Assembly (NCBI RefSeq): GCF_009914755.1
Contig: NC_060930.1
Strand: one strand, 5' to 3'
Origin: the human T2T-CHM13v2.0 reference genome, Homo sapiens
Length of the DNA: 64,000 nt
Part shown: positions 18,375-36,260 of the stretch, piece by piece
Position numbering within the stretch: the stretch's first letter is position 1
Layout: every line of letters starts with the position of its first letter
Position numbers and translations under genes: made by a program
The notes under the pieces: generated by a model
The model's input: the letters and a program-made list of their open reading frames with translations, nothing else
The model's database searches: none
Told to the model about the DNA's origin: nothing

Positions 18375-19206
18375 TAAGAGGTGAAGCCTGCTGGGCTTCC
18401 GGGTCAGGTGGGGACTTGGAGAACGTTTCTGTCTAGCTAAAGGATTGTAAACACACCAATCAGTGCCTTGTGTCTAGCTAAAGGTTTGTAAACACACCAA
18501 TCAGCACTCTGTAAAAATGCACTAATCAGTGCTCTGTGTCTAGCTAAAGGTTTGTAAACGCACCAATCAGCACTCTGTAAAAATGGACCTATCAGCACTT
18601 TGTAAAATGGACCAATCAGGAGGATATGGGTGGGGCCAAATAAGGGAATAAAAGCTGGCCACCCAAGCCAGCAGTGGTAACCCACTTGAGTCCCCTTCCA
18701 AGCTGTGGAAGGTTTGTTCTCTTGCTCTTCACAATAAATCTTGCTGCTGCTCACTCTTTGGGTCCACACTACCTTTATGAGCTGTAACACTCACCGTAAA
18801 GGTCTGCAGCTTCACTCCTGAATTCAGCAAGACCACGAACCCACCAAGAGGAAGAAACAACTCCAGACGTGCCATCTTTAAGAGCTGTAACACTCACTGC
18901 AAAGGTCTGTGGCTTCACTCCTGAAGTCAGCGAGACCACACACCCACCAGGAGGAACAAACAACCCTGGACACGCCACCTTTAAGAGCTGTAACACTCAC
19001 TGAGAAAGCCTGCAGCTTCACTCCTGAAGTCAGCAAGACCACAAACCCACCAGAAGGAAGAAACTCTGGACACATCTGAACATCTGAAGGAACAAACTCT
19101 GGACACTCCATCTTTAAGAACTGTAACACTCACTGTGAGCATCTGCAGCTTCATTCTTGAAGTCAGCAAGACCAAGAACCCACTGGAAGAAACAATTCCG
19201 GACACA
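18375..19206 (+). mobile_element. Solo LTR12 (ERV9 LTR), 832 bp
   Basis: TAAGAGGTGAAGCC...AATTCCGGACACA, CCAAT-rich U3 repeats, AATAAA-type TATA at 18647, poly(A) signal at 18733, four CTGTAACACTCAC U5 repeats. Confidence 0.96.
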
Positions 19207-20134
19207 ATTTCTTATTCTGCCATCCTGTATCTTTTAAGTGCAGCATTCAGGCCATTTACATTCAACATTAGTATTGAGCTGTGAGGTACTATTCTATTCA
19301 TCATGCTATTTGTTGCCTCAATACTTTGGTGGGTTTTTTAAATTGTATCATTGTTTTATAGTTCCCGTGAAATGTATGCTTTAAGGAGGTTCTATTTTTG
19401 TGTATTTTAAGCATTTATTTCAAGACTTAGAGCTCCTTTTATCAGTTCTTGTAGTGCTAGCTTGATAGTGGCAAATTCTCTCAGCATTTGTTTGTCTGAA
19501 AAAGGCTGTATCTTTCCTTCCTTTATGATGCTAGTTTCACTGGATACAAAATTCTTGGCTAATAATGGTTTTGTTTAAGGAGGCTAAAAATAGGATCCCA
19601 ATCCCTTTTAGCTTGTAGGGTTTCTGCTGATAAATCTGCTGTTAATCTGCTAGGTTTTCTTTTATAGGTTGCCTGATGCTTTTTCCTCACAGCTCTTAAG
19701 ATTCTTTCATTTATCTTGATTTTAGATAATCTGATGAATATGTGCCTAGGCAAAGATGTTTTTTGCAATGAATTTCCCAGGTGTTCTTTGAGCTTCTTGT
19801 ATTTGAATGTCTAGATCTCTAGCAAGGCCAGGGAAGTTTTTCTCAATTATTCCCTCAAATATGTTTTCCAAACTTTCAGATTTCTCTTATTCCTCCAGAA
19901 TACCAATTATTCTTAGGTTTTTTTTTTTTATTATACTTTTAGTTTTAGGGTACATGTGCACATAGTGCTGGTTAGTTACCTATGTATACATGTGCCATAC
20001 TGGTGCGCTGCACCCACTAACTCGTCATCTAGCATTAGGTATATCTCCCGATGCTATCCCTCTCCCATCCCCCCACGCCACAACAGTCCCCAGAGTGTGA
20101 TATTCCCGTTCCTGTGTCCATGTGATCTCATTGT

Positions 20135-23976
<3,842 letters not shown>

Positions 23977-24024
23977 TTATTTTGCTCATTAGTTGATGCA
24001 GTTTCTTACTAGTCTCAATGGTCT

Positions 24025-25041
24025 TTACATTTTGGCATGATTTTGCAGCGGCTGGTACCGGTTGTTCCTTTCCATGTTTAGTACTTCCTTCAGGAGCTCT
24101 TGTAAGGCAGGCCTGGTGGTGACAAAATCTCTCAGCATTTGCTTGTCTGTAAAGGATTTTATTTCTTCTTCACTTATGAAGCTTAGTTTGGCTGGATATG
24201 AAATTCTGGGTTGAAAATTCTTTTCTTTAAGAATGTTGAATATTGGCCCCCACTCTCTTCTGGCTTATAGGGTTTCTGCCAAGAGATCAGCTGTTAGTCT
24301 GATGGGCTTCCCTTTGAGGGTAACCCGACCTTTCTCTCTGGCTGCCCTTAATATTTTTTCCTTCATTTCAACTTTGGTGAATCTGTCAATTATGTGTCTT
24401 GGAGTTGCTCTTCTCGAGGAGTATCTTTGTGGCGTTCTCTGTATTTCCTGAATCTGAATGTTGGCCTGCCTTGCTAGATTGGGGAAGTTCTCCTGGATAA
24501 TATCCTGCAGAGTGTTTTCCAACTTGGTTCCATTCTCCCCATCACTTTCAGGTACACCAATCAGACGTAGATTTGGTCTTTTCACATAGTCCCATATCTC
24601 TTGGAGGCTTTGCTCATTTCTTTTTATTCTTTTTTCTCTAAACTTCCCTTCTCGCTTCATTTCATTCATTTCATCTTCCATTGCTGACACCCTTTCTTCC
24701 AGTTGATTGCATCAGCTCCTGAGGCTTCTGCATTCTTCACGTAGTTCTCGAGGCTTGGTTTTCAGCTCCATCAGCTCCTTTAAGCACTTCTCTGTATTGG
24801 TTATTCTAGTTATACGTTCTCCTAAATTTTTTTCAAAGTTTTCAACTTCTTTGCCTTTGGTTTGAATGTCCTCCCATAGCTCAGAGTAATTTGATCATCT
24901 GAAGCCTTCTTCTCTCAGCTCGTCAAAGTCATTCTCCATCCAGCTTTGTTCCGTTGCTGGTGAGGAACTGTGTTCCTTTGGAGGAGGAGAGGTGCTCTGC
25001 TTTTTAGAGTTTCCAGTTTTTCTGTTTTGGTTTTTCCCCAT
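24025..25041 (-). pseudogene. L1 ORF1, disrupted
   Basis: ATG at 25041; only fragment 24265..24690 is open (YVKRPNLRLIGVPE). Confidence 0.92.
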
Positions 25042-26407
25042 CTTTGTGGTTTTATCTACTTTTGGTCTTTGATGATCGTGATGTACAGATGGGTTTTTGG
25101 TGTGGATGTCCTTTGTGTTTGTTAGTTTTCCTTCTAACAGAGAGGACCCTCAGCTGCAGGTCTGTTGGAGTACCCTGCCATGTGAGGTGTCAGTGTGCCC
25201 CTTCTGGTGGATGTCTCCCAGTTAGGCTGCTTAGGGGTCAGGGGTCAGAGACCCACTTGAGGAGGCAGTCTGCCCATTCTCAGATCTCCAGCTGCATGCT
25301 GGGAGAACCACTGCTCTCTTCAAGGCTGTCAGACAGCGACATTTAAGTCTGCAGAGGTTACTGCTGTCTTTTTGTTTGTCTGTGCCCTGCCCCCAGAGGT
25401 GGAGCCTACAGAGGCAGGCAGGCCTTCTTGAGCTGTGGTGGTCTCCACCCAGTTCGAGCATCCAGGCTGCCTTGTTTACCTAATCAAGCCTGGGCAATGG
25501 TGGGCGCCCCTCCCCCAGCCTCGCTGCCGCCTTGCAGTTTGATCTCAGACTGCTGTGCTAGCAATCAGCGAGACTCCGTGGGCATAGGACCCTCGGAGCC
25601 AGGTGCGGGATATAATCTCGTGGTGCACCGTTTTTAAAGCCCGTCGGAAAAGTGCAGTATTCGGGTGGGAGTGACCCGATTTTCCAGGTGCCGTCCGTCA
25701 CCCCTTTCTTTGACTCAGAAAGGGAACTCCCTGACCCCTTGCACTTCCCAAGTGAGGCAATGCCTTGCCCTGCTTCGGCTCGCACATGGTGCGTGCACCC
25801 ACTGACCTGCGCCCACTGTCTGGCACTCCCTAGTGAGATGAACCCAGTACCTCCGATGGAAATGCAGAAATCACCTGTCTTCTGCGTCGCTCATGCTGTG
25901 AGCTGTAGACTGGAGCTGTTCCTATTCGGCCACTTGGCTCCTCCCCCTATTCTTAGGTCTTGTTGTTTAACATAATCCCAAACTTTTTTGAGGCTTTGCT
26001 CATTTTTTAAAAATTTTTTAATTGTTTCTCTTTGTCAGATAGCATTAATGCAAAAGCTTGTCTTCTAGCTCTGAAGTTCTTTCTTCTACTTGTTTGATTC
26101 TATTTCTAAGACTTTCCATTGTATTTTGCATTTCTCTAAGTGTGTCCTTCATTTTTAGAAGTTGTGATTGTTTTTTATTTATGCTATCTATTTCTCTGGA
26201 GATTTTTCCATCTATATCCTGTATCTTCTTTTTTTTTAATTTCTTTAAGTTGTTATTTGTCTTTCTCTGGTGCCTCCTTGAGTAGCTTAATAATCAACCT
26301 TTTGCATTCTTTTTCTGGCAATTCAGAGAATTCTTCTTGGTTTGGATCTATTACTGGTGAGCTACTGTGATTTTGGGGGAGTGGTAAAGAGTCATGTTTT
26401 GTCATAT

Positions 26408-27240
26408 TGTGTCTGGAATTGGTTCTTTCTGGTGGGTTCTTTGTCTCACCGACTTCAAGAATGAAGCCACAGACCCTTGCAGTGAGTGTTACAGTTCTTA
26501 AAGATGGTGTATCCAGAGTTTATTCCTTCAGATGTTCAGATTTGTCCAGAGTTTCTTTCTTCTCGTGGGTTCATGGTCTTGCTGACTTCAGGAGTGAAGC
26601 TGCAGACCTTTGCAGTGAGTGTTACAGCTCTTAAAGATGGCACATCCAGAGTTGTTTGTTCCTCCTGGTGGGTGCATGGTCTCACTGACTTCAGGAGTGG
26701 AGCTGCAGACCTTCGCAGTGAGTGTTACAGCTCTTAAAGTTGGCGCATCTGGAGTTGTTTGTTCCTCTTGGTGGGTTCGTGGTCTTGCTGACTTCAGGAG
26801 TGAAGCTGCAGACCTTTGCAGTGTGTGTTACAGCTCATAAAGGTAGTGTGGACCCAAAGAGTGAGCAGCAGCAAGATTTATTGCAAAGAGCAAGAGAACA
26901 AACCTTCCACAGCTTGGAAGGGGACCCAAGTGGGTTGCCGCTGCTGGCTTGGGTGGCCAGCTTTTATTCCCTTATTTGGCCCCGCCCACATCCTGCTGAT
27001 TGGTCCATTTTACAAAGTGCTGATTCGTCCGTTTTTACAGAGTGCTAATTGGTGCGTTTACAAACCTTTAGCTAGACACAGAGTGCTGATTGGTGCGTTT
27101 TTACAGCATGCTGATTGGTGCGTTTACAAACATTTAGCTAGACACAGAGCACTGATTGGTGTGTATACAATCCTTTAGCTAGACAGAAACGTTCTCCAAG
27201 TCCCCACCTCACCCAGAAGCCCAGCCAGCTTCATCTCTTA
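26408..27240 (-). mobile_element. ERV9 3' LTR (LTR12), 833 bp
   Basis: Preceded on the minus strand by PPT AGAGGGGAGAT (27241-27251); four U5 repeat units. Confidence 0.95.
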
Positions 27241-27407
27241 ATCTCCCCTCTAAACAGGACACCCCAAATGCTGTTGGGAATTGGGTGATGACCACTCTAG
27301 CTACTTCCTGCTGGATAGAGGCAAAGAAAGGGCCTTGCAGTTGTAGTGTCCTCAAGAGGGGAACACTTTAGGCCAGTGAAAGGGCCAGCTGGTTAGTCCA
27401 GAGGTCC

Positions 27408-29113
27408 TCAGTAGAAGTTGTTAGTTGAGCTCATTTGGGTTTCCATTTGTAAGACCATCTGTAGCTTGATGGCCTTGATCCTAGAGGAAACAAATTTGAC
27501 AAGGAGGTTAAAAATGGCCTGAAGGCGAGTAATAACAAAATGGCTGCCACAGGACCTAGAAAGGGAAGAAGCCATGTTGCCCAACTCTAGAGGTTGGTAT
27601 AAGAGTTTGAAAGTCATTGTCTGATTTCAGAAGCCTTTTCCTGTAAACACCAGGCAGCATCTCGTACTATCCCTGACTGGTTAGTGTAAAAACAACACTT
27701 TCCCCTAAGAAGGTGCAGAGTCCTCCTTTCTCAGCAGTGAGGAGGTCTAGGCCTCAGTGGTTTTGGAGAGTCGCTGCTGCCAAAGAGTCTATTTGGGATT
27801 GTAGAGTAAGGATAGCTTTCGTTATTTCTTGCAAACTGTCTGAGAAATACTTTGAGTGTGTGTGGTAGTAGGATAATGAAGTAGATAAACTGGCTATTCC
27901 AGTTCCTGTAGCAGTAGCCATTCTTAACCCTATAAGTAGGGGTATTCGTTGTATGGCTCTGCACTGACAGACTTGGGCTTTGAGGGGTACTGATAGGGTC
28001 TGATTTCCTGGGGGAAATGTTAATGTTGGGACTTAGAAAGACTAAGGTGCAGGTGCCTTTCCAGTTAGTGGGGAGGCAGATATACATCGATGATCCACAT
28101 AAGAAGAATATACTTCTCTGGGTAGACAGAACTGGTTATTTTTGTTAAAAAGATGTGTGAGTTTGTTGTTTTCATTTTCCCATACTCCTAGAGTATTTGC
28201 AAAGGTAGCTCCAGTGAATGGCTGGAAAGGGGTGTTGGGAGCAAACTGAGTGGCTACCTATATTCTATTTTCCTATTGGAGAAAAAACCATTTCATACCT
28301 ACTAGGAACCATTCGAGAGTGTGATTGAAAGAGGGGATGAGAAGGCATTCACTAGTGGTGGGGGCACTTCTGTAGGATGTCCAGGGGTGAATGGTCATAC
28401 AGGGAGTATGTTTGCCATTACAAAACCTGGACTGTTTGTTAAGCAGGGAGGAGTTGATGATTTTGGGGGGCCCTGAGAATCAGACAAGCCATCTGAATGG
28501 AATTGTTTGGGTGACTCGGAAGTTCCTATGATCAGTTGGGACTTGAAGTTGTAGGGTGATATTACACTGATGGGGTAGTAGGTGCCCCAGGGGCAGGCCT
28601 GATAATAGGTTGTGTTGGATGCATAAAGGGGCTTGGAAAATTAGGATGGTACTCATAGTTATAGGGCCATGTATGGGCTTTTCATTGCTTGTGTAATAGG
28701 TGAGGTTGGAAATGTAAGAACGTAAAAGTTGGAATGCACGTCCTGTTAGGGTACTCTTGGTCCTATCAGAGATGGGGAAGTCAGCTAATGATTGCATATT
28801 TAGAAGTCAGAAAGGGTCTTTTCCTTCATAATGAGGGTGGTAGGTTAAGTTGGTAAAAACCCAATTTTTTTGCGGGAATGGGAGTGGCAACATAAGCAGA
28901 AGTTGATAGAGAGATACAAAGCCAACAGTAATTTGCCAGGGAAGGATTGGACTGGTTTAACAGAGAGTGGGTTAAGTTGAGAGTCTTGTAGAGGTAATTA
29001 GGAGCTAGTGGAAGGGGAGGGGTGATTGTATGAGATATCCAAGGAAGCAGCAGGGATAGATAGGCAAAGAGTAAATAGGAAGGTAAAGAGGGTGCTCTGG
29101 AAGATGAGATCAT
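27408..29113 (-). pseudogene. env: ERV9 env, frameshifted
   Basis: Signal-peptide-like N-terminus with CWLC (28826..29113). ISD-like LQNH*GLDLLTAEKGGLC at ~27715-27770. Tail KFVSSRIKAIKLQM. Confidence 0.9.
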
Positions 29114-29352
29114 CTTATCCAGTCTGAGTTAAAGGTAGAAGTAAATCGCTGTCAGAAGGAAGGAATATAGAAAGAAGGTTGATGTGATTTGGATTTTCAT
29201 CCCAGCAGGAGCTACTTACTGTATATAGTCCTATTGCAAAGGGTATGGTTAGTATACTACTTAACAATATGATGAAATAGTAAAAGAATTCCATTAAAGG
29301 GGCAAGGAGAGGTGTTAAAGATAAAGATTATATAGGTTTTCACTTATCTTTT

Positions 29353-32300
29353 TTAAGGAGGAAGGAGTTTTTCTTCAGGATCAGTGGTAGGAGCCTTTTT
29401 AGTCTGGGATGTTTCCTTCTGAAATAGGAGATGCAAGTCCTCCAACAGTTCACAGGTGTATCGAGGCTGGTCTGGCTGATCTTGGGACTCCTGAGCTGAC
29501 AGTCCCACAGGTTCCTCAGGGGGTGTCCAAAATTTATATTGGATGTGGTAAATCCAAGATTCCACTCCTGCCACCTTAACTGCAGTGGGAGTAGAGAGGA
29601 TTACCGAGTATGGTCCTTCCCACAAAGAGTCCATAGATGGGGAGGTAGAAGGGAGAGATTTGACCAACACTAGATCTCCTGGTTGAAACAACTCTGTTCC
29701 CTTTTCTCTATGACATCCTTCAGGTAGGTTTTTAAGGTTTTCTTGATATTTTGCCAAAGAAGTTATATCTTTGACCAAGTTGGCCATTTCATGATCAAGT
29801 AGGAGGTCATTTGTGAGAAAAGGTCATTCGTACAGCATTTCATATGGACTGGGCCCTATTTTGTGAGGAGAATTTCAGATTCTTAATAAGGCCACAGGCA
29901 AGAGAGTAGGCCATGGGAGATGAGTTTCTTGTGTTAATTTCCTTAGGTGCCTCTTGAGTGTTTCATTTGCCTTCTTGACATTCCCTGAGGATTGTGGCCT
30001 CCAGGCGCAGTGAAGATGATATTGTATCCCTAATGCCCTGGAAATTCCCTGAGTTATTGTGGCTTTAAAAGCTGGACCATTGTCACTCTATAAGCTTTGG
30101 GGAAGCCCAAATCTAGGAATTATTTCATGAATTAGGACTTAGTCAGTTCCTGAGCCTTCTCTGTCTTGCAGGGGAAAGCTTCTATCCAATTTGCAAAGGT
30201 ACAAACAAAGACCAACAAGTATTGAAATCCCTTTGACTTAGGCATAGGTCCTCTCCAGGATAGTGACCTATTCTTTGTTCCCCCAAAGGGGCCTTATGAT
30301 GGACCAAGCGATTATTCCTTTGGCACACCTCACAGGCTTTGACTACCTGTCAGATGATCTGGAGGACATTTGGCCCTGTAAATAGGGATTTGGCCATATG
30401 ATGAGTGTTTTCAATACCCATATGAAAAGTTTGGTAGAGGGTTTTAAGTATTTTCCACTGGCTGGTTTTGGGTATAAGTACCTTTCCTTCTTCTGTCCTT
30501 AACCACCCCAAGGGGAGAAAACTATGCCCCTGTGAAACTCCCTATTCTGTTTCAGTCAGGGAATACTGGGGCTTAATCTCTTGGAGGGGGTTGTTCCATA
30601 CCAACAGTCCTTCTGCAGGTATTTCTAATGGGAGATTCTGCCTGGCAGCAATTTCGGCCTCAGCATCTGCCTGACAGATTCCTTCTGCATTTTCTCCTTC
30701 ACCTTTCTGATGGCTTTGTCAGGGTAAGACTGCCACCTCCTTGGGTTTTTGCACTGTGTGCAATAACTCCATAATTTCCTGTGGTATCTAATGGGGGTTA
30801 CCCCAGAGGTTAGGAACTCCCTTTCTTTCCATATTGCAGCATGGCATGTAGGATTAGATAAGCCTACTTGCTATCTGTATACACATTTATTCTTTTTCCC
30901 TTTCCCATTTAATCTTTTTCTCTTTCACTGTTCTAAGGCTTGGGTAAGTGCCCCTAGTTCTGCTAACTGGGCACTGGTCCCTGGGGGAAGAGGCTTACTT
31001 TCACGTACGGTTACATCACTAACTATGGCATAACCTGCCCTTCATATCCAATTCTCCACAAATGAACTTCCATCAGTATATAAGTTAAGGTCTGGATTAG
31101 CTAAGGGGACTTCTAAAAGATCATCTCAGGAAGTATAAGTCTGGACTATAATTTGTTGGCAGTCATGCTCGATTGATTCCCCATCCTCTGAAAGAAAAGT
31201 GGCAGGGTGGATGGCCATGCATGTATGTATTTAAGCAACAGTCTCTCAAGGAGTAGTGCCTGGTATCTAAGTAGGTGGTTGTCTGATAGCCATAAACTTC
31301 CTTTGGCACCTAATATGCCATTTACATCATGAGTAGTCCAGACAGTGAGATCCTTTCCTTGTATTATTTTGATAGCCTCTGACACTAAGAAGGCCACAAC
31401 CAAAACTACCCTTAAACAGTGAGGCCAGCCTTTTGCTACTACATCATTTTCCTTATTTAGGTATGCCACTGGTTGTGGGGTTGTCCCACGAGTCTGGGTA
31501 AGTACTCCAAGAGCTATCCCTGCTCTCTCTGTAATGTATAAAGAGAAGTTTTGTCCTGTTGGGAGGCTTAAAGCTGGAGCCTGTACTAGGGCCTGCTTTA
31601 AGGTTTTGAAGGCTGTTCCCACCCCTGGTTCCCATTCTACTAGATGAGTATTTGCCCTCTGGGTCTCCTTGATTAGAGTATAGAGGGGCCTGCCTATCGC
31701 ACTGTATCCAGGGATCCATAGTCGGCAAAAGCCAGTGATTCCAAGGAATGCCCGCAACTGTTTTAATGTCTTAGGGTGAGGATAAGCCAGGATAGGCTGT
31801 ATTCATTCCTTGCTGAGGGCCCTGGTCCCTCTGGCTAAGATTAGGCCTAGATATTTGACCTGCTGTAGGCAAAGCTGGGCCTTCAACTTAGACACCTTGT
31901 ACTCTTGATTAGCTATAAAGTTCAAGAGATCCAGAGTAGTCTGCTGGCATGAGGCTTCCAAACTGGTAGCCAAAAGTAAATCATCCACATACTGAAGGAC
32001 CAGAGTACCTGGACTTGAGAAGTGGCCTAGATCTTGGGCCAGTGCCTGACCAAACAGATGAGGGCTATCCCTAAACCCTTGGGGCAAGACCATCCATGTA
32101 AGTTGGGACATGTGGTCTGTGGGATCCTCAAAGGCAAAGAGAAACTGGGAGTCAGAGTGCAGGGGAATATAGAAGAAGGCATCCTTGAGGCCCAGAACAG
32201 TGAACCATTCTGCTTCCTCTGGTATTTGAGAGAGCAGGGTATAGGGGTTGGGTACAACTAGATATAGAGGAATTACTGCCTCATTGATGAGTCTAAGATC

Positions 32301-32925
32301 TTGCACTAGTCTCCACTGACCGCTCAGTTTTGGACTCCTAGAATTGGGGTGTTGCAGGGACTGCTGCATTTCCTTACTAAGCTTTGAGCTTTTAAATGTT
32401 TAACAATATCTTGTAATCCTTTATGAGCTTCAGGCCTTAAGGGATATTGCCTTTGATAAGGAAAAGTGGTGGGATCTTTTAGCATGATTTGGACTGGCTG
32501 GGCAGTTTTTTCCCTTCCAAATTGTCCTTCCAATGCCCAGACTTCAGTGTTGATTCCCTCCTCAAGTAGGGGACAACAAATGGGTAACTTGTTCCCCATA
32601 TTCGTGTAAATAATAGCTCCACCTTTGGCTAATATATCCCTCCCTAATAAGGGTGTGGGACTTTCAGGCATAATAAGAAAGGCATGTGAAAAGAGCAAAG
32701 TCTCCCAATTACAACTGAGGAGGTGGGAGAAATACCTGGTTACAGGCTGTCCCAGCATTCCTCGGATGGTAACAGACCTTGATGACAGTCGTCCAGGACA
32801 GGAGATTAACACTGAGAAGGCTGCACCAGTGTCCAGGAGGAAGTCAATTTCCTGGCCCTCAATGGTTAAGCATAGCCAGGGCTCAGTGAGGGTGATGACA
32901 TGAGCTGGCGCTTGCCCTGGACACC
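29353..32925 (-). pseudogene. pol: ERV9 pro-pol, fragmented
   Basis: Protease FLLDTGA near 32820-32845, RT LPQGF and YVDD (31803..32369), RNase H YTDGS near 31070, IN C-terminal WEGPY (29353..29787). Confidence 0.93.
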
Positions 32926-32929
32926 CTCA

Positions 32930-34388
32930 GTCCTGTTGTTGGATCATCTCATTGGGGGTTTCCAGCCGAGAGAACCATTGAACTCTGGGGCAGTGTGCCT
33001 TCCAGTGATTGCCTCGGTATAGCAGACATGGACAAGTGGGCAGCTTGTTTCTCATTGGACAATCTTTTTTAAAGTGTCCTTGTAAATCTCACTGATAACA
33101 AGCCCTACCAGGTGATTGGCCTGCTCCATTTTCTGTCCTCTCTGAGCTACCCAGGTTTGTTTGTCTGAGGGCCATGACTAGGGCTGCAGCCTTTCTCTGA
33201 TCTTGCTTTTCATTTTGGGCCTGTTCCTCTTGGTCCCTATTATAGAATACTGAAGTTGCCAGGTTTAATAATGCCTCTAGATTTTGTTCAGGGCCCAGGG
33301 CTCACTTTTGGGGCTTTCTCCTGATATCTGTGGCTGATTGGGTAATAAACTTATCTTTTAGGATCAACTGGCCCTCTAGTGAGTCAGGTGACAGGAGAGT
33401 ATATTTTCTTAAGGCCTCCCGTAGCGGCTTGAGGAAGGCAGAAGTATTTTCTTCCTTTCCCTGAGTTATGGTGGACATCATTGAATAATTCATGGGCTTT
33501 TCCTAATTCTCCTTAGTCCTTCTAGAACACAGGTCAACAGATGTTCATGACTCTAGTCCCCATGATCTGAGTCAAGGTCCCAGTGGGGATCCATACTGGG
33601 GATGGCTTGCTGATAGTTAGGGAATTTGTCCCTTTCTTCAGCTGTCATTCTATCATTTACTTGACTAAGATACCAGGTATCTCCAAACTCTCAGGCTGCA
33701 GCTAAAGCCACATTCTTCTCATTAAAGGTCAGGGTTTGATCTAACAATAGCATGACATCTCTCCAAGTGAGATTGAAGGTTTCCCCTAGACCCTGTAGAA
33801 CATCTATGTACCTATCAGGATCATCTGAAAACTTCCCCAGGTCTGCCTTGATCTGCTTTAAATCAGAGAGGGAGAAGGGGACATGTACCCGGGTTGGGCC
33901 AAATTCCCCTCCCCCTACAGCTTGAAGGGGACATAAAAGATAGCCTGTGGGTTTTTGTGGTCCTTTGGAGATTTCTTTTCTTGTTTCCTTCTGGGCAGGG
34001 GAGATTAGAGGAGGCTTATCATTAATAGGAAGGAGAGCTATAGGGAGGCTAGGATATGGGGGTAAGCTGAGAGGTCCTCCTGTGGGATGTAAATTGTAAG
34101 CTTTGCATAGTTGTGGATTCTCCCTCAATGAAAAGAAAGCTTGGACTTAAGGTATTTCATTCCATTTGCCTTCCCCCTTACAGAAAAGGTGAAGCTGCAA
34201 GATAGTATTGTAATTTATACTTCTCTCAGGTGGCCATTTTTCCCCATCAGAGAGAGAATATTGGGCCAAGCCATAGTGCAGAAAAAAATGAACTGCCTCT
34301 TTTTCAACGTTTGCAGGTCAAATTGGTTGCAGTGGCTTAGGATGCATTTCAAGGGTGAGTCTGTTGATGCCTGAGTGTTTCCTATCTG
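32930..34388 (-). pseudogene. gag: ERV9 gag, fragmented; probable start codon mutated to ATA
   Basis: GNTQASTDSPLKCIL, VHVPFSLSDLKQIK and MHR-like ITQGKEENTSAF. Confidence 0.9.
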
Positions 34389-35512
34389 AAAGATAAAACT
34401 GCCAACAGTTTTGGTTTGTTTTTTTCTCCCCCTGCCCAAGAACCTGTAATGGTCCCTGGACCCTGCTGATCAGAATAGTTGTGCTCACTGATGCAGCAGC
34501 AGAAACACCTCTTGCCCAAGAACCCACAACAGTCCCTGGGCCCTACTGATCAGAATAGTTGCACTCATCGATGCAGCAGCAGAAAAACTAATTTTGCTCC
34601 TAGACCACAAGGAGGACCGAGGAATGTCAGATTAGTAGCCCTTATTGGTGCATTCTCAAATACCTGTTAGAGTCCTAAGCATTGTCCTGTTAGCACTGGG
34701 ACTTTACCACTGTCCTATAAAGATGTTATGCCCCAAAAATGAAGTGGAGGGCCATACTCTGAGGGAGGGAAGGGATCTCCAGAGTTGGAAGAGTGATGCC
34801 TTTTGTCCTCACTTATGTGGAGGATATCATTTCTGAGGCTCTCCATATCCTAGTTTCAGGAATAGCTTTTGTTAGGCCTGCTTGTCTGAGGAGGGATCCT
34901 AAAATTCCAGATAGTCCCCCACCCCAATGGGGCTTTGGGCAAAAATTATGTCTTTCTGATTGGTGAGCCCAGGTGCCTAAAGAAGGTAACAGAGTCCTGA
35001 AGTTTATACTAGAAATCATTCTTACAGGAGAAACTAGAAAAGCACCAGAGACAGGGAGTGGTTTTTAGAAGCAGGACTAGCCTCGGAGAAGAGAGGCGAG
35101 AGGAAGTTTGTCTGACAGGCATTAGAACCCAGGAGGCAAGGGTCAGGATAGATAGGATAGATGGGCAAGTCTCGCTTGGGCAACCTGTTTTTGAGAGTTC
35201 CATTCATGGCTGCAGGATCAACCAACTTGTTGTCGGGACCCCAGAGCTGAATGGCTTTCCTCTCTGTCAATGCTTGGTTCAGCCCAGAAGTACAGGAAAA
35301 CTGGAAGCTGGTTCCAGGCAAACCAACACTCCTAACTCTGTAAAGTCGGGGATTGTTAGAGAGCCCTTTCCCAGGAAGCCTGACACCCAACGGCCGCACT
35401 AGTCACTTTACACTGGCCAACAGCTTCCTGGTATTTAGCCCCCGAATTCTAAGGAAAAATAGGACAGAATAGCAAGCAAAAGGGGTCTGATGGTACTCAC
35501 CACTTGGTGATT

Positions 35513-35530
35513 GTCCCATCTGGGTTGCCA
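35513..35530 (-). promoter_or_regulatory. Primer binding site, tRNA-Arg type
   Basis: TGGCAACCCAGATGGGAC lies 3 nt after the 5' LTR and is a 17/18 match to the recalled tRNA-Arg(CCG) 3' end. Splice donor GGTGAGT follows at ~35495-35501. Confidence 0.85.
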
Positions 35531-35533
35531 AAA

Positions 35534-36260
35534 TGTGTCCTGAATTGGTTCCTTCTGGTGGGTTCTTGGTCTTGCTGACTTCAAGAATGAAGCCTCAGAC
35601 CCTCACAGTGAGTATTACAGTTCTTAAAGATGGTGTGTCCGGAGTTCCTTCCTTCAAATGTTCAGATGTCTCCAGAGTTTCTTGCTCCTAGTGGGTTCAT
35701 GGTCTCACTGACTTCTGGAGTGAGGCCGCAGACCTTTGCAGTGAGTGTTACAGCTCTTAAAGGTAGCACATCCAGAGTTTTTCATTCCTCCCAATGGGTT
35801 TGTGATCTCACTGACTTCAGGAGTGAAGCTGCAGACCTTCACAGTGAGTGTTACAGCTCATAAAGGTAGTGAGGACCTAAAGAGTGAGCAGCAGCAAGAT
35901 TTATTGTGAAGAGCAAAAGAACAAAGCTTCCACAGCATGGAAGGGGACCCGAGAGAGTTGCTGCTGCTGGCTCAGGTGGCCAGCTTTTATTTCCTTATTA
36001 GGCCCCACCCACATCCTGCTGATTGGTCCATTTTACAGAGCACTGATTGGTCCATTTTACAGAGTGCTGATTGGTGCATTTACAAATCTTTAGCTAGACA
36101 CAGAGTGCTGATTGGTGCATTTTTACAGAGTGCTGATTGGTGTGTTTACAAACTTTTAGCTAGACACAGAGTGCCAACTGGTGTGTTTACAATCCTTTAG
36201 CTAGACAGAAAAGTTCTCCAAGTCTCCACCCAACCCAGAAGCCCAGCTGGCTTCATCTCT
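35534..36260 (-). mobile_element. ERV9 5' LTR (LTR12), ~727 bp
   Basis: Adjacent to the PBS; only three U5 repeat units. Confidence 0.95.

Larger units (their letters stand above)
26408..36260 (-). mobile_element. Full-length HERV9/ERV9 provirus with LTR12 LTRs, all ORFs decayed
   Basis: 4-bp TSD ATAT at 26404-26407 and 36261-36264. Order is LTR-PBS-gag-pro-pol-env-PPT-LTR on the minus strand. Confidence 0.96.

Noticed and set aside
18437-19205. Repeated MLQLLK-type ORFs and CRISPR-like periodicity (also 26407-27178 and 35630-36200)
   Set aside because: These are antisense translations of normal LTR12 U3 and U5 tandem repeats, with no unique spacers or cas genes.
27408-29113. Domesticated syncytin-like env
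   Set aside because: Multiple frameshifts and a stop inside the ISD.
34451-34590. ~80-bp direct repeat in the ERV9 leader
   Set aside because: Probably an intrinsic ERV9 leader feature; I cannot show it is locus-specific.
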